Part shown: positions 28,322 to 36,218 of the stretch, piece after piece
Layout of the letters: each line of letters starts with the position of its first letter
Position numbering within the stretch: position 1 is the first letter of the stretch
Assembly (NCBI GenBank): GCA_013375475.1
Contig: JABXKD010000036.1
Span: 1 to 36,218 of the forward strand
Direction of reading: 5' to 3'
Length of the DNA stretch: 36,218 nucleotides
DNA from: Promethearchaeota archaeon
GTDB taxonomy: Archaea > Asgardarchaeota > Lokiarchaeia > Sigyniarchaeales > SOKP01
Program-made: the position numbers and the translations under genes
Notes under the pieces: generated by a model
What the model was told of the DNA's origin: nothing
Databases searched by the model: none
What the model saw: the letters and a program-made list of their open reading frames with translations, nothing else

Positions 28322-28433
28322 ATAGGACAATATTATTTTTCTCTTTTTTTTTTGTCGAAATATCTTTTAAACGAAATTTAATATAACTAATTAAATTTGT
28401 AGTCATGATATAATTCCCTTACTAAATAAAACC

Positions 28434-29276
28434 ATGAATAAAAAACTTCTGAGAAAGGAGATAACAGATTTTCAACCAACTCAGAGAGCACCAGAATATA
28501 ACAATTTGGAATTTACTGTATTACTGGTAAGACCAGAACATGCGGGAAATATTGGATCTATTGCTCGAATCATGAAAAACTTCAACTTTGTTAATTTAGT
28601 TGTATTTAATCCTGTCGAAAGCGAAGAGATCATACGAAGTCATCATACTCAAGGATTTGCGATGCATGGTAAATATATTCTTTTAAACGCAGATATAATT
28701 GAACTTAATAATCAAAACAGCCATCTAGAAAAATATAAAGAGTTATTAAAAAAGTTCGATTTAGTAATTGCATCAACAGCTAAAGGAATGCATTATAAAA
28801 ACATAAGAAGGTTAGCTACATTCCCTGCAGAATTAACTCTCCCTATTTCGGAAAAACCACTATCAATCGCTTTAGTATTTGGGAAGGAATCACGAGGACT
28901 TACCAACGAAGAAATAGAATTTGCAGATTTACTACTTAGAATACCCTCTGATAATATTTATCCTACTTTGAATCTTTCTCACGCTTGCGGAATTATTCTT
29001 TATGAAATCTATAACAAAATACATAATGTTACAATCGGAAGAGGAATTAAACCTGTATTATTAGCAAATAAGAACGATAAACAACTACTTTACAATTCCA
29101 TAAAAAATTTAAGCGTAAATCTCAAATTTCGGCCATACACAGCTGAAAATCTTTTCTTCTCTTTTAAAAATGTATTTGAACGTGCATTTATTTCAAAAAA
29201 AGAGTTAAACTTAATTATGGGCGTATTCTCAAAATTGAATTCTCTCTTAAAAAAAGGGAAAATATATGAAGATTAA
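28434..29276 (+). CDS. trmJ: SPOUT tRNA methyltransferase, TrmJ/LasT-type
   Basis: LVRPEHAGNIGSIARIMKNF, ALVFGKESRGLTNEE, IPS...YPTLNLSHA...LYE. Confidence 0.88.
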   Translation: MNKKLLRKEITDFQPTQRAPEYNNLEFTVLLVRPEHAGNIGSIARIMKNFNFVNLVVFNPVESEEIIRSHHTQGFAMHGKYILLNADIIELNNQNSHLEKYKELLKKFDLVIASTAKGMHYKNIRRLATFPAELTLPISEKPLSIALVFGKESRGLTNEEIEFADLLLRIPSDNIYPTLNLSHACGIILYEIYNKIHNVTIGRGIKPVLLANKNDKQLLYNSIKNLSVNLKFRPYTAENLFFSFKNVFERAFISKKELNLIMGVFSKLNSLLKKGKIYED

Positions 29277-29281
29277 ATTTT

Positions 29282-29506
29282 CTAAACTGCTTGATAATAC
29301 CGTGGTTTTCGATTAGCATTAACTACTAGTTTATCAGGCGTATCGTTTACAATTCTTCTAATAACTTTAGCAAGAGCGTTGTGTGTGTCGTATCCCATGG
29401 CGCTTGCCCATTCGCTAGCGGTACATCGTCCCAATTCTTTTAATTTATCTAAACAAATCTGTTCAAAAGTCCTTGGTCTTGGAGTTGCTTTTTTTAATTT
29501 TAAAAT
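29282..29506 (-). CDS. small winged-helix-like protein (about 74 aa, probable ATT start; absent from ORF track)
   Basis: Hand translation ILKLKKATPRPRTFEQICLDKLKELGRCTASEWASAMGYDTHNALAKVIRRIVNDTPDKLVVNANRKPRYYQAV*; GGAGG at 29520-29516, 9 nt before ATT. Confidence 0.7.
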   Translation of the reverse strand: MLKLKKATPRPRTFEQICLDKLKELGRCTASEWASAMGYDTHNALAKVIRRIVNDTPDKLVVNANRKPRYYQAV

Positions 29507-30013
29507 TGATAATAACCTCCATTTTTTCTTATTCTATTATTTTATTCTAATCTATTAAGAAAAACACTTATTATATGAATGTTTTATAGAATATTGTTTA
29601 CATCACTACTCATGATAATAAGAATAGCGGCAATTTTACAGATGTGCTATTACTGTGGCGCTATCTCCTAGTTTTCCAACGATTTATCTATCTTGAATAA
29701 AAAATAGGTCAGAGGCTATTTAAAGCATGATGTCAGATATTTGTAAACGAATACATATTTTTTGTACTAAGATCCTAATTAACCCCCTAATCAATCCCCT
29801 AGTCGATGTTAAGAAATCCCCGACAAAAATAGATTTTAGTGGACAAATTTGTATTTTTAATTACGAAAATTTGACATAAGAAATAACTTTGATAATGAAT
29901 ACTTTACATATTAAATGGGTGTGAACAAGATTAATGTTTTTTAGATTAAATTCGTTCCATTAATAGGATTTTCCTTCGTTAATTTCTCCCATTTAAATAT
30001 ATCTTCAAAATAC

Positions 30014-30072
30014 GGGAATTAATTCCCACCGAGATATCAGAATTTTTACGCTATTTTGATTAACGCGTTAAT
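30014..30072. repeat. two perfect 14-bp palindromes
   Basis: GGGAATTAATTCCC (30014-30027) and ATTAACGCGTTAAT (30059-30072). Confidence 0.6.
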
Positions 30073-30100
30073 ATTAGATAGATATTCAAAATTTAAAAAA

Positions 30101-30640
30101 TTAGGAACTAAAATAATAATTAACATTCTCCTTTATATCTAAGCGAATTTTGCCTAAATTATGCAAGCCATAGCATAGATTTTCAATTTCTGAGATTGAC
30201 ATATCAAAATTGGTATTTTCAATACACCTATCATGTAAAGATTTTGCCGTAAAAGCCTTTCCTTTGTTTTCGCTGATATATTGAACTAAAATTGTTCCAA
30301 CTTTATTTTGAACTTTTTTCTGTGTAATAATCTCTTGCTCTTTCTTTAACATTTTACGCTCGGTAAAAAAACTCAACAAAGTTATCGCGATACCAAGAAA
30401 TATAAAAACTAATTCGATATAAAATGTTGAGTATAGATTAACTGGTTCAAAAATAAAGATCGAATCAATATAATATTCAAGCCCTCCAACTTGTATAGAA
30501 AGCCCAACTATCCCTACGATTGCTATTATGAGCGGAATAGCGTTCCAAAAACGGTTTTTCTTGTAAGCTAAAAACCCACCAACACCTAATGAAACTATTG
30601 AATGTTCAATATATAAATCTTTATGTTCAAGTTTGTATTT
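30101..30640 (-). CDS. membrane protein with C-terminal winged-helix-like domain; 5' end uncertain or truncated (track gives 30101..30379)
   Basis: Frame is open back to TAG at 30643-30641 and adds three hydrophobic segments (SIVSLGVGGFLAY; AIPLIIAIVGIVGLSI; FYIELVFIFLGIAITLL). No ATG/GTG/TTG upstream of 30379. C-terminus YISENKGKAFTAKSL..LHNLGKI..YYF is wHTH-like. Confidence 0.55.
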   Translation of the reverse strand, partial: KYKLEHKDLYIEHSIVSLGVGGFLAYKKNRFWNAIPLIIAIVGIVGLSIQVGGLEYYIDSIFIFEPVNLYSTFYIELVFIFLGIAITLLSFFTERKMLKKEQEIITQKKVQNKVGTILVQYISENKGKAFTAKSLHDRCIENTNFDMSISEIENLCYGLHNLGKIRLDIKENVNYYFSS

Positions 30641-30701
30641 CTACAAACTTTACCATAGTTCTATGTAAAGTACTAACGATTAGTGAGTTGAAAAAGAGTA
30701 G

Positions 30702-31184
30702 TTGGCACCTTCTGGGAATCTTTTAAAATTCAGTACCTTCAAATTCTCTAATTCTTTGAAATGGGATACCGCCTCGTCTCGAGATAATTTATTTGGTGGA
30801 TTCAATGATTATGCTACTACTAAGACAAACAGAAAGTATGTTTTAGGTTACACAAGGGCTAATTTTCCTGATCAAAGCGATAGCAAGTATACGTACTTTA
30901 AGAGAATAGAAGACTGTCTAAATTATGCTATATGTTATTGTGCTGAAGCAATCAATCTTACTGCTGCTAATTTCGTCGATTGCAATTGTGGAGGGGAATC
31001 TAAAGCGTAGCCTAATTTAACTCAAACTACCCCCGAAAACTTGCTCCAAGAGAACCTGGTAACTCAAGTATATTTTACTGTTTGGGGGTTAACGAGCGTG
31101 TTCTCATCTTTATATGTCATCTCGCTTGTAGCTGCAGCTTCAAAGTTAAAGGAGTTAGTTGCTACGATTTCTGTTAAAATCTAA
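30702..31184 (+). pseudogene. possible degraded or interrupted ORF (102 aa + TAG + 57 aa hydrophobic tail)
   Basis: After TAG at 31008-31010 the frame continues PNLTQTTPENLLQENLVTQVYFTVWGLTSVFSSLYVISLVAAASKLKELVATISVKI to TAA at 31184; no family recognised. Confidence 0.3.
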
Positions 31185-31324
31185 TATTTATTTCTCCTTT
31201 TTATTTTTATTCAGCGTAATAATTACTGAAATTATGGAATTACAATAAACCGGAAAAGTGGAGAGATTTATATAAAACTCAAGAGTTTGTTATTTTGGAA
31301 TCAACTTTATTGGAATGGTAAGAA

Positions 31325-31466
31325 AAAATAGGGAAAAGACACAATCAACCATGACTCCTGCGCCACCCTGGATTTTTGTCTTTTGGTAACGCGAATTTTC
31401 GCGTATTCTAAATTCTTACCCTATTTTAATTCAGACCTTATTATTAGGTCTTGGCGACAGGAGTCA
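31325..31466. ncRNA. candidate structured non-coding RNA / cis-element, family unknown
   Basis: Five or more complementary segment pairs within 142 nt of intergenic DNA, including a 14-bp GC-rich helix (details in findings). Confidence 0.45.
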
Positions 31467-31731
31467 ACCTTTTATATTAAAACCATGTTATTAAAAAGAC
31501 TCAATTTACATTTCAATTTCTACAATAATAAATAGTTTATCGTCAGCAACCGTAGATTTAAACTTGATTATCGTCCAACACTTATTCCATTTTATATAGT
31601 TCTGTTAATTTAGACCCTATTACAGAAATATTGTATTCCATAAACACCCAACTGTAATGTTATCCACAAATATTGAGATTATATTAAAATAAAAAGATAT
31701 ATATACACTAATGTGGTATTTTTAATTAACC

Positions 31732-32190
31732 ATGTCCCAATCGTATAAAGATTTTTTGGAGAAATACAAAATCGACGATTTTAAAACGAATTTAAAGCTT
31801 TCAGGACACACAAAAATAGATTTCTACAACGATATCGACAAGCTATTAAGAAGTATGAATACAATTTTCGATAAACTTGCAACAATAGGAACTTTACGAG
31901 GTGCCCAGGTATTAATGGCCATTGCAAAATTAAGCGGCCCAGATAAAGTAGTAAACAAAACAGACGTAAAAAATTGTTTAAACATAGAGAGATTAGAAAA
32001 AATCTTACCAGCAATTGATTATTTAGAAAAAGCAAAGTACATTACGATTGAGGAAAAAACAAAAAGATTTCATATAATAAAGTTAAACGAAAAAGATAAT
32101 CCAGACTTAAGAGTATTTAGGGAAATAATTCAAAAGTACTGGAAATCCCCTCGAGAAGAAGTAGACCAAGCAGAGAAGTGGAGCAAATAA
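31732..32190 (+). CDS. winged-helix-like hypothetical protein
   Basis: QVLMAIAKL..VNKTDVKNCL..ILPAIDYLEKAKYITIE..IIKL follows the wHTH pattern. Confidence 0.75.
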   Translation: MSQSYKDFLEKYKIDDFKTNLKLSGHTKIDFYNDIDKLLRSMNTIFDKLATIGTLRGAQVLMAIAKLSGPDKVVNKTDVKNCLNIERLEKILPAIDYLEKAKYITIEEKTKRFHIIKLNEKDNPDLRVFREIIQKYWKSPREEVDQAEKWSK

Positions 32191-33194
32191 ATATGAGAAA
32201 TTCACTTAAAGGCGTAGTAGAGCTGAATTTTGAGGATGAGCAGGGTCTCAAAGATTCTGTAAAGACAATAAGATCAGAGTACATCAAAAAAGCCTTTAAG
32301 TCAATTGTATATATAACTGTCATTTCGATTGTGGCACTTTCATATTTTCTCTACGTTTATTTACCCTATATTGAGAAGAATTTTTTTACTAACTTATTAA
32401 CTACTGAGACTTCTAATTCAGAAGGAAATAGCTTTCCTTTAAATTTAACCTTAAGTTGGACGCTTTTCAGTACGAGTATTTTCTTAATAGTATATTTTGT
32501 ACGATTGAGCCAAGTTAAATTTACACCATCTCTAATTAAGTACATCGAACGGGAAACAAAATACGCGGGATTTGAATTCATAAAGAAGATTGAAAGCGTT
32601 GGTTTATTTATGATTCTCACAGCAATTTCTATTGCAGTTCTTTTTTATGTAGACACTAGACTTATCCAATTTAATGACAATTCCTGGAGTATTATGTTTC
32701 AAAATTCTTTTTACATCTATTTGTTACTAAGTTTAATTCTCCCGATTGTTTTCATCTTTAGACACGACAAATTTACCATCAAAGTAAAGGATAATGTTTT
32801 CGTTCTTTGTAATCTACATTACAATGTACGGAAAAATAAGGATTACGATCCTAATTTATTAGGAATGGTTCTAACGTCAAATAGGTTGTGTTCTAGGTTC
32901 GACAAATCAGGAAAATTGATTTATTCCAAGATTTCAGAAGATAGGTGGCTTATTAGAATTGAACCTTCTACTATTTCGCCATATCTTCATTTTGAGGAGT
33001 ATTCAGTACCATTCAACTTCCAAAAACAATTTTTAAACATTGTATTAGCTCTTAACGATTGGGAAAATAATTACAGTTCAAATCTTGATTCAATGAATTA
33101 TTATTTCTCAAATACATTTCCATTCCACAAGTATGGAGCAAAGAAAGAAGAAAAAACAGACCAACTTATCTATTTAAAGTTTTTAAACCAATAA
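32178..33194 (+). CDS. membrane protein (about four TM helices) with soluble C-terminal domain
   Basis: Four hydrophobic segments; likely start is ATG at 32193, right after the upstream stop, suggesting an operon. Confidence 0.8.
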   Translation: MEQINMRNSLKGVVELNFEDEQGLKDSVKTIRSEYIKKAFKSIVYITVISIVALSYFLYVYLPYIEKNFFTNLLTTETSNSEGNSFPLNLTLSWTLFSTSIFLIVYFVRLSQVKFTPSLIKYIERETKYAGFEFIKKIESVGLFMILTAISIAVLFYVDTRLIQFNDNSWSIMFQNSFYIYLLLSLILPIVFIFRHDKFTIKVKDNVFVLCNLHYNVRKNKDYDPNLLGMVLTSNRLCSRFDKSGKLIYSKISEDRWLIRIEPSTISPYLHFEEYSVPFNFQKQFLNIVLALNDWENNYSSNLDSMNYYFSNTFPFHKYGAKKEEKTDQLIYLKFLNQ

Positions 33195-33215
33195 TAATAG
33201 AAAAAAATTATATAT

Positions 33216-33866
33216 TTAAATAAAATATTTTTGCTGAAGCATAACATACTCGTTGTGTTCACTGAATTCTGCTTCAACAAGGCTAGAAACAATATCATAT
33301 AACTGTCGAAATAATTCTTCAGGAAAAGCATGGTGTTCAAACACTATATTGCTTACTAATTCTTCGGTTAATATTTGCGAATTGACAGGTTTATTATACA
33401 ATAAGAACTTCATCATAGCAGATTCTATTTTAGATTTAACTATGTTCTTGATTATTTCTAAACTTAAATCTCGCTCTGGATCTATAAAATATGGGAAATT
33501 CATGTTATCTAAAATTTTGATATAACCAAAAGTCGATGTAATTTTACTAACACAATATTCTAACGAGCTAATTTCCAAATTAAACTTTATACAGAATTCT
33601 TTTTTCGTCTCGTGAGCAGGAAACGCAAATGGATGTCTCGTAACTATATAATAAGCCGCAATACAAAATTTGTACAAATTTTGAGGTACTTTTCCTTTAA
33701 TTCTGAGATATTTATAAATTATTGAGACTGTGTCAAGCAGAAAATCTTGATTGATGTCAAATTGCTTTAAGAATTCTTCTCCATCTTTAATTAAATCAAT
33801 GGTTATTCTGTCCTTTGTATTTAATATTTCAAGATCAGGAGTATATAATTCCAACATTTCACACAC
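33216..33866 (-). CDS. hypothetical protein, cyclin-box/TFIIB-repeat-like
   Basis: DTVSIIYKYL..FCIAAYYIVTR..TKKEFCIKFNLEISSLEYCVSKI resembles a TFIIB cyclin repeat (aAclYia.R...t.kei); no Zn ribbon. Confidence 0.6.
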   Translation of the reverse strand: MCEMLELYTPDLEILNTKDRITIDLIKDGEEFLKQFDINQDFLLDTVSIIYKYLRIKGKVPQNLYKFCIAAYYIVTRHPFAFPAHETKKEFCIKFNLEISSLEYCVSKITSTFGYIKILDNMNFPYFIDPERDLSLEIIKNIVKSKIESAMMKFLLYNKPVNSQILTEELVSNIVFEHHAFPEELFRQLYDIVSSLVEAEFSEHNEYVMLQQKYFI

Positions 33867-34047
33867 GCAACCTAAGCTTTTATATTTTTTTCAAAGAAAT
33901 ATCGATATACCACTTTGATAATATAAGAATATCATCCCCCTTTATAAATCTATGCATCACTGAAGATGCATTAAATGATCAAAAAAACAGAAGATTTAAA
34001 AAGATGAAATTAATTGATTATTATAGAACCAAATTTTTGTCGATAAT

Positions 34048-34479
34048 TTGATCATGTCATCAGAAGAAAATAAATCATCAAACCTTCCAAGAATAACGGT
34101 AAGTCTAGATTATTTCGATGAAACAGTTATTAAACTGATGGCGGAAAAAATGGGTAAATCTAAATCTGAAATCTTACGAAATATTCTAAATGATTGGATA
34201 ATATCTAACCCAGATATATTAGAGTCCAAATATGGAATCGTATCAGTCGATGTAAGAAGAGAAATTCAACTTAGAAACAATGAGAGGAAGATAGATGACG
34301 ATCTCCTTAAAATTATTAATTTCTTTAATCGTGTAAAAAGTATAGACATAGATCGATTAGCAGAAAAACTAGTAATGAGTTCTAAAACATTGATGGATAT
34401 AATTGATGAATTCGGAGATAGGTTGGAGCAAAAAGGTCTTAAATTAGGAATTGAAGGAAATCTTATTGTAAAATACTAA
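34048..34479 (+). CDS. ribbon-helix-helix (CopG-like) protein with C-terminal HTH-like domain
   Basis: RITVSLD..IKLMAEKMGKSKSEILRNIL is the RHH consensus; IDIDRLAEKLVMSSKTL is HTH-like. Likely start is ATG at 34054. Confidence 0.8.
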   Translation: MIMSSEENKSSNLPRITVSLDYFDETVIKLMAEKMGKSKSEILRNILNDWIISNPDILESKYGIVSVDVRREIQLRNNERKIDDDLLKIINFFNRVKSIDIDRLAEKLVMSSKTLMDIIDEFGDRLEQKGLKLGIEGNLIVKY

Positions 34480-34492
34480 AATGTAATAAATT

Positions 34493-34666
34493 ATGAAGAA
34501 AATAACGATCGTTGGTTCACCTGAACTATTTCATAATCAAACGGATATTTATTCAGGTCAAGAATCTATCAGATTTAATGATCGACATCCCATATTCAGA
34601 ACACTAATGAAAATAGAATTCGAAGAAGTCCTACGAAATTATCGAAAGATAATTTTAAAAGATTAA
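34493..34666 (+). CDS. small hypothetical protein (57 aa, absent from track)
   Basis: Hand translation MKKITIVGSPELFHNQTDIYSGQESIRFNDRHPIFRTLMKIEFEEVLRNYRKIILKD*; fills the gap between co-oriented neighbours. Confidence 0.55.
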   Translation: MKKITIVGSPELFHNQTDIYSGQESIRFNDRHPIFRTLMKIEFEEVLRNYRKIILKD

Positions 34667-34696
34667 TATGATGTAATCGAAGGAAGTGAACATAAT

Positions 34697-34900
34697 ATGA
34701 GTACTGAAAGAATTAGAGAAGCTATAAGAGAAAGATTAGAGGAAATCTACGAAATTGATTTAGAATATCAATTTGATCTTTCTAAAGTGGTCATTCCATT
34801 TGATCAATTTTTTAAAAAATCAGATTCTGATGATAAAGAGAAAGAATCCTCTAACAAATGGAAAGAGGAGTATAAAAAGCTTCTGATGCAAGAACTTTAA
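34697..34900 (+). CDS. small charged hypothetical protein (67 aa)
   Basis: ATG preceded by purine-rich GAAGGAAGTG; E/K-rich helical composition. Confidence 0.6.
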   Translation: MSTERIREAIRERLEEIYEIDLEYQFDLSKVVIPFDQFFKKSDSDDKEKESSNKWKEEYKKLLMQEL

Positions 34901-35092
34901 GTTAATATTAAGCAAAAGTAGCTATCAATCTTATTCTACTACATTTTAAAAAGAAGCTATTCTATTCGGTTGGAATTCTTCAAAATAAAATTGTATAAAT
35001 GAACTAAAACTATTATACTTAAATATTAAATTTCAAGGTTAGACTATATAGCTACTAATCTTATGATATTAAAGTCACAATTATAAATTATT

Positions 35093-36218
35093 ATGATTGA
35101 AGAGAGCCGAATTAAAAGAAACCTTAAAAAATTTGCGTTCCCTCGATTATCTGGGACAGAATATGAACTTGAAGCTTTTAACCTGATAAAATCTGAAGTA
35201 GAAAACTTAAATCTTGATTTCGAAGTTCAAAATTTTATTTTCAGTTCGTTTTATTCTAGAATATATCCTAAAATCGCATTCTCATCCGGTTCGTTAATAT
35301 ACATATCTCTTTACTTGAGGTATCATCTGATTATGACTACGATTATATTAATTGTATTAGCGAGCATTTTGATATCATCCATTCTGTTGACAAGAAAACC
35401 AGAAAGAATTCAATTTATTAAAATATTTAACTCACAAAACCTGGTTGTTAAGATTAAACCTTTATCAGAAAAAATTAAAAACAACGATAGAGTCGCATTG
35501 TTTATTAGTCATTTAGATTCTAAAGGACAACGATTCAGGATTCAAACCCGTATAAAGACAATTAGATTGTGGATTGCGACCTCAATAGCGCTATTGTTTA
35601 TATTACCTTTTAGATTCTTGATATCTTTAAAATTTGAGGATCTTTTTTATGTTATTGCGGGGTGTCCTTTGATTTTAAACATTTTAGCCTTAATAATATT
35701 AAATCTTAATTCAACAGATAACAGCTCTGAAGGTGCTGTTGATAACGCTTCAGGTATCGCGTGCAATTTAGAACTCTTAAATCATTATAGTATTGAAAAA
35801 AATAGATTAACAAATTATAATGTTTGGCTGCTTTTTACTGGAGCAGAAGAATGCGGAACTATGGGTGCAAGGCATTTTTACAATAATATCGAAAATTATG
35901 ATCCCATTAAATCTGTAGCGTTTAATTTTGAATCCATAGCTAAGCATGTTTATTTATTTCCAGGAGGAAAAGAAGGTCCTAATGCTCAAGATATCGATAA
36001 CTTGCTGATAAATAATACTAGAAATCTTAGGATTCATCATTACATCACTAATAGAGTTCTTGGAACTCATTCTGATGGGGGATTTCTAGGAAATAAAGGT
36101 TTTCAAGGATATGGAATTGGGGAGGTCGAAGCCTATGATTATATGCATACTTCTAACGATAGTTTGGATAAAATAGATACGGCTATTTTAAAGAAGCTCT
36201 GTTTAGTTCTTACAGATA
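35093..36218 (+). CDS. membrane-associated M28 family metallopeptidase (runs off window end)
   Basis: Hand translation from ATG at 35093: FPRLSGTE, SHLDSK, GAVDNASG, FTGAEECG, HSD, MHTSNDSLDKID, with inserted TM segments; no stop before the window end. Confidence 0.9.
   Translation, partial: MIEESRIKRNLKKFAFPRLSGTEYELEAFNLIKSEVENLNLDFEVQNFIFSSFYSRIYPKIAFSSGSLIYISLYLRYHLIMTTIILIVLASILISSILLTRKPERIQFIKIFNSQNLVVKIKPLSEKIKNNDRVALFISHLDSKGQRFRIQTRIKTIRLWIATSIALLFILPFRFLISLKFEDLFYVIAGCPLILNILALIILNLNSTDNSSEGAVDNASGIACNLELLNHYSIEKNRLTNYNVWLLFTGAEECGTMGARHFYNNIENYDPIKSVAFNFESIAKHVYLFPGGKEGPNAQDIDNLLINNTRNLRIHHYITNRVLGTHSDGGFLGNKGFQGYGIGEVEAYDYMHTSNDSLDKIDTAILKKLCLVLTD

Noticed and set aside
31449-31470. 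Minus-strand GGTTGACTCCTGTCGCCA resembling a tRNA T-arm and CCA end
   Set aside because: It lacks the TTC of the T-loop and no cloverleaf can be built upstream.
29521-31731. CRISPR array, IS element, provirus or replication origin in the low-coding region
   Set aside because: No regularly spaced repeats, transposase, integrase, att-tRNA, canonical ORB or cdc6 seen.
4161-33525. Numerous 60-134 aa track ORFs nested in or antisense to long genes (e.g. 4161..4409, 6734..7057, 18346..18750, 25659..26003, 33253..33525)
   Set aside because: They overlap well-supported genes and carry no motifs.

Overview
AT-rich archaeal chromosomal window that reads as Asgard archaeon (Lokiarchaeia/Promethearchaeota-like) DNA. 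This is inferred from eukaryotic-signature-type genes: an actin-related protein, two Ras-superfamily GTPase fusions, longin-like and HEAT-repeat proteins. These sit among housekeeping and metabolic genes (topA, purD, TrmJ-type methyltransferase, CDP-alcohol phosphatidyltransferase, M32 and M28 peptidases, acyl-CoA ligase, amidase, multi-PAS histidine kinase). I saw no rRNA, tRNA, CRISPR array or transposase. The most interesting signals are: (1) a coiled-coil / proline-rich / helix-LKKI protein built like a WH2- or Ena/VASP-type actin regulator, 2 kb from a catalytically divergent actin homologue; (2) a roughly 140-nt intergenic element with two crossing sets of long helices, a candidate switchable or pseudoknotted ncRNA; (3) a longin-like/degenerate-GTPase fusion inside a block of unknown proteins; (4) ORFs that appear to start at ATT behind good Shine-Dalgarno motifs and were missed or truncated by the ORF track; (5) a GH116 pseudogene remnant. 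All family calls come from motif recognition by eye; no searches were run.
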